DNA of 64,000 bases from an uncultured Muribaculaceae bacterium (GCA_947176745.1 CAMWRV010000001.1:44220-108219); one strand, 5' to 3'; counted from the stretch's first letter, positions 41,226 to 51,394 are shown. Translations and numbers: made by a program. Notes: generated by a model not told the origin, from the sequence alone.

Positions 41226-41816
41226 ATGGCAGAAGTCAGCAGACATGATCCCCGTCTTGTCGGGGAGATAGCCTCTCATTATGAGGCGATATTGCGCCTT
41301 GTGGGCGAGGATCCGCAGCGCGAGGGGCTCATGAAGACCCCGGTCAGGGCGGCAAAGGCGTTGCTCGACATAACGTCGGGCTATCGGCATGATCCGCTCG
41401 CCATAGCGCGGCAGGCTGTTTTCGAACATGCCGGATCGCGGATGGTCATCGTCCGCGACATCGAGTTCTACAGCATGTGCGAACACCACATACTCCCTTT
41501 TTTCGGAAAGGTGTCGGTGGGCTACATTCCCGACGGCAAAATGATCGGACTCTCGAAACTTGCACGTATTGTCGATAATTTCGCAAGACGTCTGCAGGTT
41601 CAGGAGCGTCTCACCGCTCAGGTGTGCGCCCTGCTGTCGGAGGCGATGCCTACAAAAGGAGTCATTGTCAGCTGCACGGCCGAGCATCTCTGCATGAAGA
41701 TGCGCGGTGTTGAGAAGCAGGACTCCGCCACCACGACCTATGACTACAACGGTCTTTTCGAGACAGACGCCTCGCTGAGGATGGAATTTCTCAACCTTGT
41801 CTCCTCTCCGCGATGA
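41226..41816 (+). CDS. folE: GTP cyclohydrolase I
   Basis: REGLMKTPVRAAKAL, FYSMCEHHILPFFGKV and RLQVQERLT. Confidence 0.96.
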   Translation: MAEVSRHDPRLVGEIASHYEAILRLVGEDPQREGLMKTPVRAAKALLDITSGYRHDPLAIARQAVFEHAGSRMVIVRDIEFYSMCEHHILPFFGKVSVGYIPDGKMIGLSKLARIVDNFARRLQVQERLTAQVCALLSEAMPTKGVIVSCTAEHLCMKMRGVEKQDSATTTYDYNGLFETDASLRMEFLNLVSSPR

Positions 41817-41852
41817 CAGCAACAAGCCAGACATACTCCGTGACATAAGAAG

Positions 41853-41885
41853 GCCGCGTCCGTATCAGGGCGCGGCTTTCCTTTC
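41853..41885 (+). terminator. Terminator after folE (convergent with the TonB-dependent receptor gene)
   Basis: gccgcgtcc gtatca gggcgcggc followed by tttcctttc. Confidence 0.7.
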
Positions 41886-41906
41886 AAATCAACCACCCGG
41901 CCTGGT

Positions 41907-43769
41907 TCAGAAGCTAAGCCTGAAGCCTCCCATTGCCGTGAAGCCGGGCATGTCGTAACCCCGGTTTATCATGTAGCGTGCGTCCGTAATGTTTTCAAGC
42001 CGGCAGAACAGAGATACATACCGGCACACATCCCATGTGATCTTGAGGTTCACAAGCGCGTAGCTCTGGTGGTCGATCCCGTCGGCCACATACAGGCCGC
42101 CGGTGCCTTTCAGATCAGCATCTATTCCTATGAAACTCCAGGGACGCCACTGCACTCCGAGATAATACTGGTTCTTCGGAGCCCCTGTCAGATTGTCGAG
42201 CGAGGTGTGAAGATAGCTGTAAGTGGCCTGAATCCACAGGTTGTCAAACGGATGACTGCGGGCAGAGACCTCGATCCCTTTGTTGATGAAGCGGCCGGTG
42301 TTCATGTTTTTCATGTCGACCTGCTGAATCAGGTTGTCCCCCTTGCTGTAATAGGCGGTGAGTTCCGCTGACAGGTATCTGGAAAATGATTTTGAGACCG
42401 AGAGCTCGTAGTTCATCATCTTCTCCGGCTGCAGGTCCGGGTTGGCCATGCGGTAAAGGTAGAGCTCGCGGAACGACGGATTCCTGTATCCCATGGCGAG
42501 GTTTCCCTTGAAGGTCAGTCCGTAGCCGGGATTCAACGAGAATCCGAACTGCGGAATCCATTGTGTGTCGAACATGTCGCTGTTGGCCATGCGCAGACCG
42601 GCGTTGAGACTCACTGCGTCGTCAAGCAGCGTCTGCGACAGTGTCAGGTAAGGGGAGTATTCTGTTATGCGTTTGCGCGACATGGTGCTCAACGAGCCTT
42701 CCGTATGCGCGTTTCCTCCCGACATCGGTATCTCTCCCGAATAGCTGTCGAAGTCAAATCCTAACGTAGCCGAGGCGTCTCTCCATGGCCTGAAGTTCTG
42801 ATATAGCATCACCCCGAGCCTGTCATCCTTGCTGTGGAAGTGGCGCGGATCGTCGACATAGTGATTCCCGTAGTTGTAATATACGCGTGCCGATCCTGAA
42901 GTCGTGCCGTAATTGTTGGTGACAGTCGCACCTGCTTCTCCCCTGACTATGTTCTGCCTGTATATGTCGGTTGATTCCGGATCTGAGAGAGTGGGGTAGA
43001 TCGGGTCATTTCCCCTGAAATTCATAAGCGTGTAGTCAGCATAAGCCTTCCAGTTGTCAGAAAAATCGTAGCCTGCTTTCGCATAACCGTCGGCCTGGCG
43101 GAAATCGAAGTTGTCGGTTGTGCCGTCTGTCCGGTTGTAGGATAGAGACACGAGCGACGAGAACTTGCCGGCGCGAACCATATTGGTGGCCGATGACAGC
43201 CATGTGTTGTACGACCCGTACTGCGACTGGACTGTAGTGCGGACTCCGTCATGTCTGGCGGATTTTGTGATCACATTTATCGCGCCTGCCATGGCGTTTG
43301 AGCCGTAGAGCACCGATCCCGGGCCGCGTAGCACCTCCACGCGCTCCACATATTCCTTGTCATAGAAATCGGCAATGTGGTGTGAATATATACCGGCGAA
43401 CTGGGGCTGCCCGTCAACCATCATGAGCACCGCGCTTGCACGGTCGCCGCCGACTCCGCGCAGTTTTATGTGCCCCGATCCTCCGTTGCTGACGCCGAAT
43501 CCGAAAATGCTCCGTTGCGATACGAACAGACTCGGAACCATGCCGCTTATTGCGGAAAGCACCTGAGTCTGGCCTGACGCCTCAAGCCGTCGGTTGTCTA
43601 TGACTGATACGGTGTAGGGGAGTAGTCTCTGCTGCACTCCGCTGTTGGTGCCTGTCACCACCACTTCTTCCAGAACGCGGGTGGTATCTACAGTTTCGGC
43701 TCCTGATGAATCAAGAGCCGAAACCGACAGTATGGAAGCTATCGCTCCCGCAATTGCCTTGTAGTTCAT
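41907..43769 (-). CDS. TonB-dependent receptor, compact (620 aa), BtuB/haem-receptor size class
   Basis: Signal peptide and plug domain (VVVTGT...RLEASGQTQVLSAISGMVPSLFV). The 22-strand-type barrel ends in GGFRLSF, with the C-terminal Phe. Confidence 0.85.
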   Translation of the reverse strand: MNYKAIAGAIASILSVSALDSSGAETVDTTRVLEEVVVTGTNSGVQQRLLPYTVSVIDNRRLEASGQTQVLSAISGMVPSLFVSQRSIFGFGVSNGGSGHIKLRGVGGDRASAVLMMVDGQPQFAGIYSHHIADFYDKEYVERVEVLRGPGSVLYGSNAMAGAINVITKSARHDGVRTTVQSQYGSYNTWLSSATNMVRAGKFSSLVSLSYNRTDGTTDNFDFRQADGYAKAGYDFSDNWKAYADYTLMNFRGNDPIYPTLSDPESTDIYRQNIVRGEAGATVTNNYGTTSGSARVYYNYGNHYVDDPRHFHSKDDRLGVMLYQNFRPWRDASATLGFDFDSYSGEIPMSGGNAHTEGSLSTMSRKRITEYSPYLTLSQTLLDDAVSLNAGLRMANSDMFDTQWIPQFGFSLNPGYGLTFKGNLAMGYRNPSFRELYLYRMANPDLQPEKMMNYELSVSKSFSRYLSAELTAYYSKGDNLIQQVDMKNMNTGRFINKGIEVSARSHPFDNLWIQATYSYLHTSLDNLTGAPKNQYYLGVQWRPWSFIGIDADLKGTGGLYVADGIDHQSYALVNLKITWDVCRYVSLFCRLENITDARYMINRGYDMPGFTAMGGFRLSF

Positions 43770-43776
43770 GTGGTGG

Positions 43777-44763
43777 TTATCTGTCCTTCCCGGCGGTTAT
43801 GTCAATAAGGTCATAGTTTTTAGTGCCAAGGCCAATCTTTTCGGCATAGTCCACAATGTGTGTTCCGTGGCGGCTCTCTATCCGCTCGATGAGTGGACGG
43901 TTGTCGTCGCCTTCGCTGTGCCCGTGACCGAATACAAGGTCAAGACATGCCTTGTCGAGTGCGACCGGATCGAGCGACGCGAGTATGCCGATATCTTTCA
44001 TCTTCGGTGCGTCGGGGTGTCCGTTGCAGTCGCAGTCTACCGAAAGATTGTTCATTACGTTGATATAGACCACCCCTTTCCTGTCGGCGAAATAGTCGTG
44101 TACTGACTGAGCCGCTCCGGCCATGGATTCGAGAAATGCGTCCTGTCCGAAGGGTTGCTCGAATGCATGCGCAGTGTCGGAATATGCGCCTGCGGTGTGG
44201 ATCCGCGCTTTGCCGTCGGCCGACGCTATGCCGATGCTCTGGTTCTTGAGCACACCTCCGAATCCACCCATCGCGTGCCCTTTGAAGTGGGCGAGATTGA
44301 TGAGAAAGTCATAGCTGGCAAGGTGATCGCCCACAAGGTTGCCGGCAAACCAGGTCGTGTCTTTCATCGGCAGAACCATCTCCCCGTCGGCATCCATGAT
44401 GTCGACAGTGGCGATCTTGCCGTAGCCGCGCTGCTCTATGGCTCTGCGATGGTCGGCGGTTGTCGACCGGTTGCCGCCGTAGGCGGTGTTGCATTCCACG
44501 ATAGTGCCGTTCACATCTTTCACAAGTTTCCCGATAAGCTCCGGCCGGAGATGGTTGCTCTTCTCGGATTCCCCGGTGCTGATTTTTACGGCCACATTCC
44601 CCTGCGGTTCGACTCCTAAGGTCTTGTAGATAGAAAGAAGTGATTCCGGCGATATTTCAGACGTGAAGTATACTTTTGCCGGTGCGGACGGAGTCTGAGC
44701 CATAGCGGCAAGTGCCAGACCGAGTGTCAGTGATGTCAGTGTTCCTCTTTTCATTGTAAGCAT
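43777..44763 (-). CDS. Secreted DUF362-domain protein, co-transcribed upstream of the TonB-dependent receptor
   Basis: 328 aa with a signal peptide. VAVKISTGE, LINLAHFKGHAMGGFGGVLKN and a CDCNGH motif match my recollection of DUF362. Confidence 0.65.
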   Translation of the reverse strand: MLTMKRGTLTSLTLGLALAAMAQTPSAPAKVYFTSEISPESLLSIYKTLGVEPQGNVAVKISTGESEKSNHLRPELIGKLVKDVNGTIVECNTAYGGNRSTTADHRRAIEQRGYGKIATVDIMDADGEMVLPMKDTTWFAGNLVGDHLASYDFLINLAHFKGHAMGGFGGVLKNQSIGIASADGKARIHTAGAYSDTAHAFEQPFGQDAFLESMAGAAQSVHDYFADRKGVVYINVMNNLSVDCDCNGHPDAPKMKDIGILASLDPVALDKACLDLVFGHGHSEGDDNRPLIERIESRHGTHIVDYAEKIGLGTKNYDLIDITAGKDR

Positions 44764-44939
44764 GATGTTGTGTTATGGATGCGAAATTACAGCTTTTTAT
44801 CCGGATGTGAATTATACATTTTCCGGAAATGTCAACCATTATTGCGGTTGTCTATTCTCCGCAGGCTGCAGTCTCCTTGCAATACATTTCCGCTTCCTGT
44901 CGTTATTAACGCGTGAACGGTCTTCGACTCATATCTGTC

Positions 44940-45953
44940 ATGCTGACAATTTCTGCCGTGGCTTTCTGCGGGAGAGCTTTCTCATTTTCGGCTGACTCGA
45001 TAGCTGCAATGGGCCGTTTCCCGGCATTTTGTGTGAATGTATACAGAAATGTAGACCGTTTTATAAATTCCACAGACTCGGCATATGTGTGTCCGTCGGG
45101 ATACGCCATGAACGTAAAACTGCGTTCAGCCGGCTGGACAGATTTCAATTCCTTCTATTTTGACGGTGATGACCAGATAAGACTCCATCTTCCGTTTACG
45201 GCCACTGTCGGATGCGAGGCGGCTTTTATGGGTCTGAGTCTCGGGTATGACATAAGTGTCAACAGACTGTTCGGTGCCGTTGACCGCGCGAAGTTGAGAA
45301 TTAATTTCGAGTTCTCGTCTGCTTTGCTGGCCGGACGTTTCTATTCGATGCGCAACGCCGACGGCATGAGGCTCAGTTATCTGGCCGGCAGCCGCGACAT
45401 AGACTGCTATTTCAACGGAATGGAGACCGACACCTGGGGGCTTGAGGCATTCTATTTTTTCAATTCCCGGAAATATTCTTACGCCGCCGCCACAACCTAT
45501 GGCAGAATCCAGAAGAAGAGTCAGGGATCGTTCATAACCGGTCTGGCATACCAGCATCAGAAACTCGACTTCGATTTCAGCCGTCTGCCTGAATCGCTCA
45601 AACCTTCTCTGCCTGAGGAATGGCGCAACCTTCGTTATGCCGCCGACGGCGATTCTTTCTCTATCGCCGGAGGATACGGCTTCAACTGGGTGCCGCGTCA
45701 GAAATACAATGTCGGCATCATCGCAGTGGTGATGCCGACATTGAATTATGGTTTTCTGAACTCAGCCCGCCGTAATTATTCCTTCCGTATAAATTACCGT
45801 CTCACCATGTCGGCGATCTACAATCACGACCGATGGTTCGGCGGCGTAGTGGTCAAAAGTGACCTTGCCAACATCTATTCGCGTCATTCAACTCTCACCA
45901 GTGCGCTGTGGGTGATAGAGGCAAAGATCGGGTGGCGGTTCAATATCCGGTAG
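44940..45953 (+). CDS. Hypothetical outer-membrane beta-barrel-like protein (possibly DUF4421-like)
   Basis: Signal peptide MLTISAVAFCGRAFSFSADS, alternating aromatic/polar beta-strand pattern, ends ...KIGWRFNIR. The family name is from memory only. Confidence 0.5.
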   Translation: MLTISAVAFCGRAFSFSADSIAAMGRFPAFCVNVYRNVDRFINSTDSAYVCPSGYAMNVKLRSAGWTDFNSFYFDGDDQIRLHLPFTATVGCEAAFMGLSLGYDISVNRLFGAVDRAKLRINFEFSSALLAGRFYSMRNADGMRLSYLAGSRDIDCYFNGMETDTWGLEAFYFFNSRKYSYAAATTYGRIQKKSQGSFITGLAYQHQKLDFDFSRLPESLKPSLPEEWRNLRYAADGDSFSIAGGYGFNWVPRQKYNVGIIAVVMPTLNYGFLNSARRNYSFRINYRLTMSAIYNHDRWFGGVVVKSDLANIYSRHSTLTSALWVIEAKIGWRFNIR

Positions 45954-45969
45954 TTTCCCGGCTTTGCGG

Positions 45970-46410
45970 TCAGTCGTCGTAGCGCAGGAACTGGCCTGCC
46001 TTGTTGAACTTCATTTCTATTCCGTTGGAGAGCTCCACATCGTAGCCTGAACGCTCCTTGTCAATGCCGACGATGCGGGCGCCGCTGTGGTTCTTGCTTA
46101 CGAAATCTCTTATGCCTTGCGGCACGAAAGCATTGGGTACCGACGAGGTGTTGGCGGTCTCGATATTGTCCCAGTTGCCGTCGCGGTCAAATGAGATCTC
46201 AGTTCCGTCGGAAAGGATCACCTCATATTCGCTGACCCGTCCGAAATCCTTGTCGATCTTGACGACACTGACTTTCGACTTGAAATTGTTGGCGAGCACT
46301 GTCTGTGCAGCTTTGGGCAGTACGGAGGCATCGTGCGCGTAAGTGTCACGCGCGCAGGCGGCTGCCGCCATCATGGCTACGGCCGCGAACAATATCCATA
46401 TCTTTTTCAT
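45970..46410 (-). CDS. PepSY-like (DUF2874-type) periplasmic protein
   Basis: 146 aa with a signal peptide. Two repeats of the pattern ...YEVILSDGTEISFDRDGNW... / ...YDVELSNGIEMKFNKAGQF... Confidence 0.75.
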   Translation of the reverse strand: MKKIWILFAAVAMMAAAACARDTYAHDASVLPKAAQTVLANNFKSKVSVVKIDKDFGRVSEYEVILSDGTEISFDRDGNWDNIETANTSSVPNAFVPQGIRDFVSKNHSGARIVGIDKERSGYDVELSNGIEMKFNKAGQFLRYDD

Positions 46411-46781
46411 ATTTCCGGTTTTTATTTATTTTCTCTGTTTGGATTCCTCTTCCGACAAGAAGTTTAATCTCAACTTCCTGTTTTAGAAACGTCCGGACAT
46501 TCATAATGTTTTGAGCATTATTCGGCTGGCGGTGTCGATTTCCAAAATTAAAAAAAATTTCGTAATTTTGCAATGCGGTTCACAAAGAGTCGCATGCAGA
46601 TGACCACTATATACTTGTTTGTTATAGACACTGTCCCGTCGATATTGCACTGGGGCGTACTTGAAAACTGGAAGAGCACCGCAACGGGTCTCCGATTCTT
46701 ATTTTCTGCATCCCGGCACGGGTAAGGCGGAAAGATTTTATCCGGACTAATTTCCAACATCATAATTTTTACCGTTTCCTT

Positions 46782-48101
46782 ATGAACAATCACCGATTGC
46801 TCACAGGATTGCTGTCTGCGATCCTGTTGGGCGGCGGAGTGTGCGCTGTGGGACAGACACGACAGGTCTTCACTATGGAAGAACTGTTCGAGGTCGCAGA
46901 GTCCAACAGCGTCCAGCTCCGGCCATCAGTAGACGCCGAGGAAGTTGCCCGGCGTGAGATCAGTGTGGCCAACAGTCAGTGGCTTCCTGATATAAACGCT
47001 TCATTGTCGCTTAGCTATATCGGCAATGGTTTCATAACCCGCCGTGACTTCTCGGGTTATGAGAAAGCTCCCATACCGCATCTTGGCACCGGTCTCGGTC
47101 TCAATGTCTCCCAGCCGGTCTACACCGGAGGCGCGATCCGCAACAGCATCCGTATGGCCGAGCTTAAGCTGACCGCTTCGCGTTATGCCACTGAACTCCA
47201 GCGTGACAACATACGCTTCACGCTTGCCGGATTCTATCTTGACATCTACAAGTATGGAAATCTCCGAGATGTGGTGACCGGCAATCTTGCGCAGGCACGC
47301 ATGGTTCTTGATGAGATGAAGGCCCGCTATGAGCAGGGTCTCGCGTTGCAGAACGACATCACCCGTTACGAACTTCTTGTGTCGGATCTTGAACTGCAGC
47401 TTATCAAGATCTCAAACACTCTCGACATTCTGAACAACAATCTTGTAGTCACCGCCGGTCTTCCGGCCAATACCGTGATTGTGCCCGATTCCACCATTCT
47501 GTCGCGTGCGCTCCCGTCTGAGAGCGAGAGCTGGTGGCAGAGCGAGGCCTCAGGCAATGCTCCCTCGCTCAAACTCGCTCGCAGTGGTGTCGACATTAGC
47601 CGGAAAGCAGAGGATCTCGTGAAAAGCGAACGTATGCCTAAAGTCGGAGTGCAGGCCGTATGGACCATGGATGGTCCGATCCTTGTCGAGATTCCTCCGA
47701 TCAACAGGAATCTGAGCTACTGGTATGTCGGTCTCGGCGTGAGCTACAATATCTCGTCGCTCTACAAGACCAACAAGGCTCTTGCAAAAAGCCGGGCTGC
47801 CACGCAGGAGGCTCTCGTCCGGCTCGACGCCGCCGCAGAGAATGTCAGTCTCGGCATACGCGCGGACTACATCCGCTATCTTGAGGCATACGAGGAGCTC
47901 CGCACCCAGCAGAAGAGTGTCGAGCTTGCCGACCGCAATTACTCCACGGTCTCGACACGCTATTCGGCGGGAATGGCTCTGATAACCGACATGCTCGACG
48001 CCGCCAACTCAAAGCTTGATGCCGAGCAGAGACTTGTCAATGCCCGTATCGATATCATATATTATTATTACAAACTTCTATTTACTTCAGGAAAGATATG
48101 A
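46782..48101 (+). CDS. TolC-family outer-membrane efflux protein
   Basis: 439 aa with a signal peptide. Duplicated OEP repeats (LPDINASLSLSY..., coiled-coil regions). Confidence 0.88.
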   Translation: MNNHRLLTGLLSAILLGGGVCAVGQTRQVFTMEELFEVAESNSVQLRPSVDAEEVARREISVANSQWLPDINASLSLSYIGNGFITRRDFSGYEKAPIPHLGTGLGLNVSQPVYTGGAIRNSIRMAELKLTASRYATELQRDNIRFTLAGFYLDIYKYGNLRDVVTGNLAQARMVLDEMKARYEQGLALQNDITRYELLVSDLELQLIKISNTLDILNNNLVVTAGLPANTVIVPDSTILSRALPSESESWWQSEASGNAPSLKLARSGVDISRKAEDLVKSERMPKVGVQAVWTMDGPILVEIPPINRNLSYWYVGLGVSYNISSLYKTNKALAKSRAATQEALVRLDAAAENVSLGIRADYIRYLEAYEELRTQQKSVELADRNYSTVSTRYSAGMALITDMLDAANSKLDAEQRLVNARIDIIYYYYKLLFTSGKI

Positions 48102-49132
48102 ACCATCGTGCTAAGAAAATAATCTCATATGTCATCACCGTCGCTGTCATAGCAGTAGCCGCCGCATGGGTGTGCGGTAAATTTCTCCGTCTCGGCGATG
48201 TCGAGTTCACCGACAATGCCCAGATATGCCAGCAGATTGTGCCCGTCAACAGCCGTGTGCAGGGGTATATACGCGAAATCCGTTTCAAAGAGTTCGAACC
48301 GGTCCGCAAGGGTGACACTCTTGTAGTGATCGACGATGCCGACATGCGTCTCCGCCTCGCGCAGGCCCGCGCCGACTGGCAGAATGCCGTTGCCGGCAGG
48401 GGAGTGGCCGACCGCAGTGTCGGCGTCGCATCCGCCAATGTCGCTGTCACTGAGGCTTCGATCGCCGAGGCCAAAGTCGTGATGGATCTCGCGGCCACAG
48501 ATTTCGCCCGCTATGAGAAACTGATGGCTCTCGACGCCGTGACGCGTCAGCAGTACGACGCGGCCAAGACCGATTACGAGGCAAAGAAGGCAAGATATGA
48601 GACGCTGGCGCGCCAGCGTTCGGCAACCACTTCGGTGGTGGCCGAGACAAAAGGACGTATCGCTCAGAACGATGCAGGAATCGAGCTTGCCAAGGCTCTC
48701 GTAGAGACTGCCGAACTCAATCTCTCTTATTGTGTCATCACTGCTCCCTGCGACGGTTTTGCGTCGAGAAAGGAGATACAGATCGGTCAGCTTGTGCAGC
48801 CGGGGCAGACTCTTCTCGACATTGTCGATTCCTCCGATATCTGGGTGACTGCAAATTATAAGGAGACTCAGCTCCGTCACATCGCTCCCGGCAGCGAGGT
48901 CGAGATCAAGGTAGATGCCGTGCCCGACGTGACATTCAAGGGCAAGGTGGTATCGCTCTCGAAGGCTACGGGCGCATCGCTGTCAATACTCCCTCAGGAT
49001 AACTCCGCAGGCAATTTCGTGAAAGTGCGCCAGAGGGTTCCGGTCAGAATCGAGTTCTCAAAAGATAATCCTGCGGCCGACATGGAGCGTCTGCGTGCGG
49101 GAATGAATGTCGAGTGCGAGATCAGATATTGA
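48098..49132 (+). CDS. HlyD/EmrA-family membrane fusion protein
   Basis: 344 aa. N-terminal TM, biotinyl-lipoyl-like VQGYIREIRFKEFEPVRKGDTLVVIDD, a coiled coil, then ITAPCDGFASRKEIQIGQLVQPGQ. Confidence 0.9.
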   Translation: MNHRAKKIISYVITVAVIAVAAAWVCGKFLRLGDVEFTDNAQICQQIVPVNSRVQGYIREIRFKEFEPVRKGDTLVVIDDADMRLRLAQARADWQNAVAGRGVADRSVGVASANVAVTEASIAEAKVVMDLAATDFARYEKLMALDAVTRQQYDAAKTDYEAKKARYETLARQRSATTSVVAETKGRIAQNDAGIELAKALVETAELNLSYCVITAPCDGFASRKEIQIGQLVQPGQTLLDIVDSSDIWVTANYKETQLRHIAPGSEVEIKVDAVPDVTFKGKVVSLSKATGASLSILPQDNSAGNFVKVRQRVPVRIEFSKDNPAADMERLRAGMNVECEIRY

Positions 49133-49133
49133 T

Positions 49134-50744
49134 ATGGCTGACTGGCACGCTCCGCAGGGACCGTTCGATGTCCCCGATGTCTATGGCTTCATCCCGCGCC
49201 GCCTGAAGCCCTGGCTTTTCATTCTCTTTGTCCTTATAGTCCAGTTCTCCGGTGGAGTCTATCTCGCCGCAGCCTCCGACATGGTCGGCACGACGGCCCT
49301 GATGCAGGAGGATATACTAATGGCAGGATATGCGTCGCTGGTCGGAATGGCTATAAATTTCGCTGTCATGTTCCGAATCAAGTTCCGCTTCACCACCCGC
49401 ACCCAGCTTCTGGTGTCGGGGGCGGTGCTGATTGCGGCCAATCTCATATGCGCCAACACTGATTCGGTGCCGCTTCTTGTGGCTGTCTGCTTTGTGGCGG
49501 GATGGTTCAGGATGCAGGCCACGTTCGCATGCAACTCCACCATCCAGCTGTGGCTGACACCGGCACGCGACATGGCCATATTTTTCTGCTACGTCTATAT
49601 TGTGGTCGACAGCGTCATACAGCTCAGCGGCATTGCGTCGGTCTACACCGCATTTTTCACACAGTGGGAATACATGCAGTGGATCATGACGGCTCTCCTC
49701 GCGCTGATGATGCTTCTGACCATTGTCTGCCTTCGGCCTGTAAGGGCGCCACTCTTCATCCCGCTGCTCGGAATCGACTGGATCGGCGCCGCACTGTGGG
49801 CTGTATTCATGCTCTGTTTCACATTCGTGTGCGTATACGGCAACTTCTACGACTGGTGGGATTCGGGCGAGATATGCCTCGCCTCGCTGCTTGGACTCGC
49901 GTGTCTGGCCATAAATCTATGGCGGGCCACCTTCCTGCACCATCCCTACATCTCTCTCCCGGCCCTGACAAACCGCAACGTTGTGAAAGCCACGCTCGTC
50001 TATCTTGTCTTCTTCACCCTGCTTGCCACAGAACACGTTTTCGAACATGCCTACGCAGCCTCGATACTCGGTTTTGACGAGACAAACCTTATCGACCTCA
50101 ACTGGTATGTATTCGCAGGCATAATCGCAGGATGCGCGTTCACGTATTACACGTTCGCGCTTCGCAAGTGGCGATACAAGACCATGACTGCTATCGCTTT
50201 CGCTCTCGCCATTGTCTATCTCGCATATTTCTATTTCCTCATAGACTATGGCGTCGAGAAAGAGATGCTTTTCATTCCTCTCTTTTTCAGAGGTGCGGCA
50301 TCGGTCATCATTTCCATTGTATATCTGACATCGGTTGTGCAGAGCGGACTGCCGTTCCAGGTGTTCCCCCAGGCTCTTACCGTCAACGGTTTTACCGGAG
50401 CTGTCATGGGAGCGACTCTCGGTCCGGCACTGATAGGGGAGTTTCTGCGGCGCACCATGGCGTCTAATGCCGCGCTTCTCGGCGCACCGCTGACAGACTT
50501 CAATCCTGCGGCAACCCATATACCGTTTGGAAATCTATACGGCATGGTGTGGCGTCATGCGCTCGCGGTGTCGGTAAAGGAGATCTACGGCTGGCTGTTG
50601 ATCGCGGCCATTGTCTCACTCGTCCTGATCGCCGTGAGCTACAGCAACGTGCGTCCCTGGGCCATATTTCCGAAATGGCGCACAGTGCGCCGGGTTCTTC
50701 GCCGCCTCGTCCGTCAGGAGATTCGCGAGCAGCCCGACATCTGA
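49134..50744 (+). CDS. MFS-type efflux permease (EmrB-like position in the operon; divergent)
   Basis: About 536 aa and about 14 hydrophobic segments. It directly follows the HlyD gene, with the stop and ATG adjacent. Confidence 0.7.
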   Translation: MADWHAPQGPFDVPDVYGFIPRRLKPWLFILFVLIVQFSGGVYLAAASDMVGTTALMQEDILMAGYASLVGMAINFAVMFRIKFRFTTRTQLLVSGAVLIAANLICANTDSVPLLVAVCFVAGWFRMQATFACNSTIQLWLTPARDMAIFFCYVYIVVDSVIQLSGIASVYTAFFTQWEYMQWIMTALLALMMLLTIVCLRPVRAPLFIPLLGIDWIGAALWAVFMLCFTFVCVYGNFYDWWDSGEICLASLLGLACLAINLWRATFLHHPYISLPALTNRNVVKATLVYLVFFTLLATEHVFEHAYAASILGFDETNLIDLNWYVFAGIIAGCAFTYYTFALRKWRYKTMTAIAFALAIVYLAYFYFLIDYGVEKEMLFIPLFFRGAASVIISIVYLTSVVQSGLPFQVFPQALTVNGFTGAVMGATLGPALIGEFLRRTMASNAALLGAPLTDFNPAATHIPFGNLYGMVWRHALAVSVKEIYGWLLIAAIVSLVLIAVSYSNVRPWAIFPKWRTVRRVLRRLVRQEIREQPDI

Positions 50745-50776
50745 TCTCTGCCCCCAATCATCCCCGCTTCAATGCC

Positions 50777-50815
50777 AAAAGGAGTGCAGCCGTCATGGCC
50801 GCACTCCTTTTTTAG
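50777..50815 (+). terminator. Rho-independent terminator of the efflux operon
   Basis: aaaa ggagtgcagcc gtcat ggccgcactcc tttttt. Confidence 0.8.
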
Positions 50816-51125
50816 TTATTTCACAAGAGCGTGGCCGGTTCTGAAATCACCTCTGGTCCCGTATATCCCGACCGCTTTTTGGCCTGCTCCTCAATCGTGT
50901 ACATAAAGTACACTCCATCGTCACAGGTCAAAAATCGTCGCAAGCCATACGACCCTGACGGCAACATTTTTTGTGGGATTGGGTCTTTATCGAAACAAAA
51001 GACGAGCTTCTGTATCAATACGCGGTTTGCAACACGCTTTGCATTGATTGTCGGAGATTCTTATAAAAATATTGTTTACCTAAAATTTTCCATAACCTGT
51101 ATCGTGCTTTGATACATCACCATTC

Positions 51126-51133
51126 TACCTTTG
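51126..51133 (+). promoter_or_regulatory. -7 promoter box TACCTTTG
   Basis: Matches TAnnTTTG, 60 nt upstream of the ATG at 51194. Confidence 0.4.
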
Positions 51134-51193
51134 CATCGAACAATCGCTTTAGCGCTTTGCCAAAGCAAAGAAACATTAAAAACACCAAAAGAT

Positions 51194-51394
51194 ATGGAAC
51201 CTATTACAAGTAATGATTTCCTTAACTCAGTTCTCGAAACTGAGGCATGGAAAGAGGTCTCTCAGAGCGGGAGCCTCAGCATGACGATGATTGAGAAGTT
51301 TGCCGACAAACTTGACTGGGAAGAAGTCAGCGGCAACAGTAATGTCATCTGGACGGTGGAGGGCATCATCATCTTTTGCTTTAACCATCTTTGA
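51194..51394 (+). pseudogene. Probable 5' remnant of a repeat-protein gene, truncated where it runs into the 3' end of the FtsZ-like gene
   Basis: MEPITSNDF...MIEKFADKLDWEEVSGNSNVIWTVEGI shows about 1.3 units of a xIEKFxDKLDWxxxSxNxxxxWT repeat. It then reads into unrelated IIFCFNHL* and overlaps the convergent gene by 14 nt. Confidence 0.35.

Noticed and set aside
44811-44835. Sigma-70-like TTGACA / TATAAT pair on the minus strand
   Set aside because: The spacer is only 13 nt, and Bacteroidetes primary promoters use TTTG / TAnnTTTG rather than this consensus. Probably fortuitous.
44764-44912. Possible cobalamin riboswitch in the leader of the DUF362/TonB-receptor operon
   Set aside because: The minus strand has gcaaggagactgcagcc, which vaguely resembles the B12 box. 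I could not find the other conserved cores (GGTGAAAATCC-like or GCTGTCCCCGCAAC-like), and the region is too short. This needs an Infernal search before any claim.
50821-51018. 65-aa minus-strand ORF at the left edge of the island (and the overlapping plus-strand 93-aa ORF)
   Set aside because: I recognise no family. It overlaps an equally long ORF on the other strand and contains the inverted GACCC..CACAAAAA repeat. Evidence is insufficient to call a gene. It could be a gene remnant.
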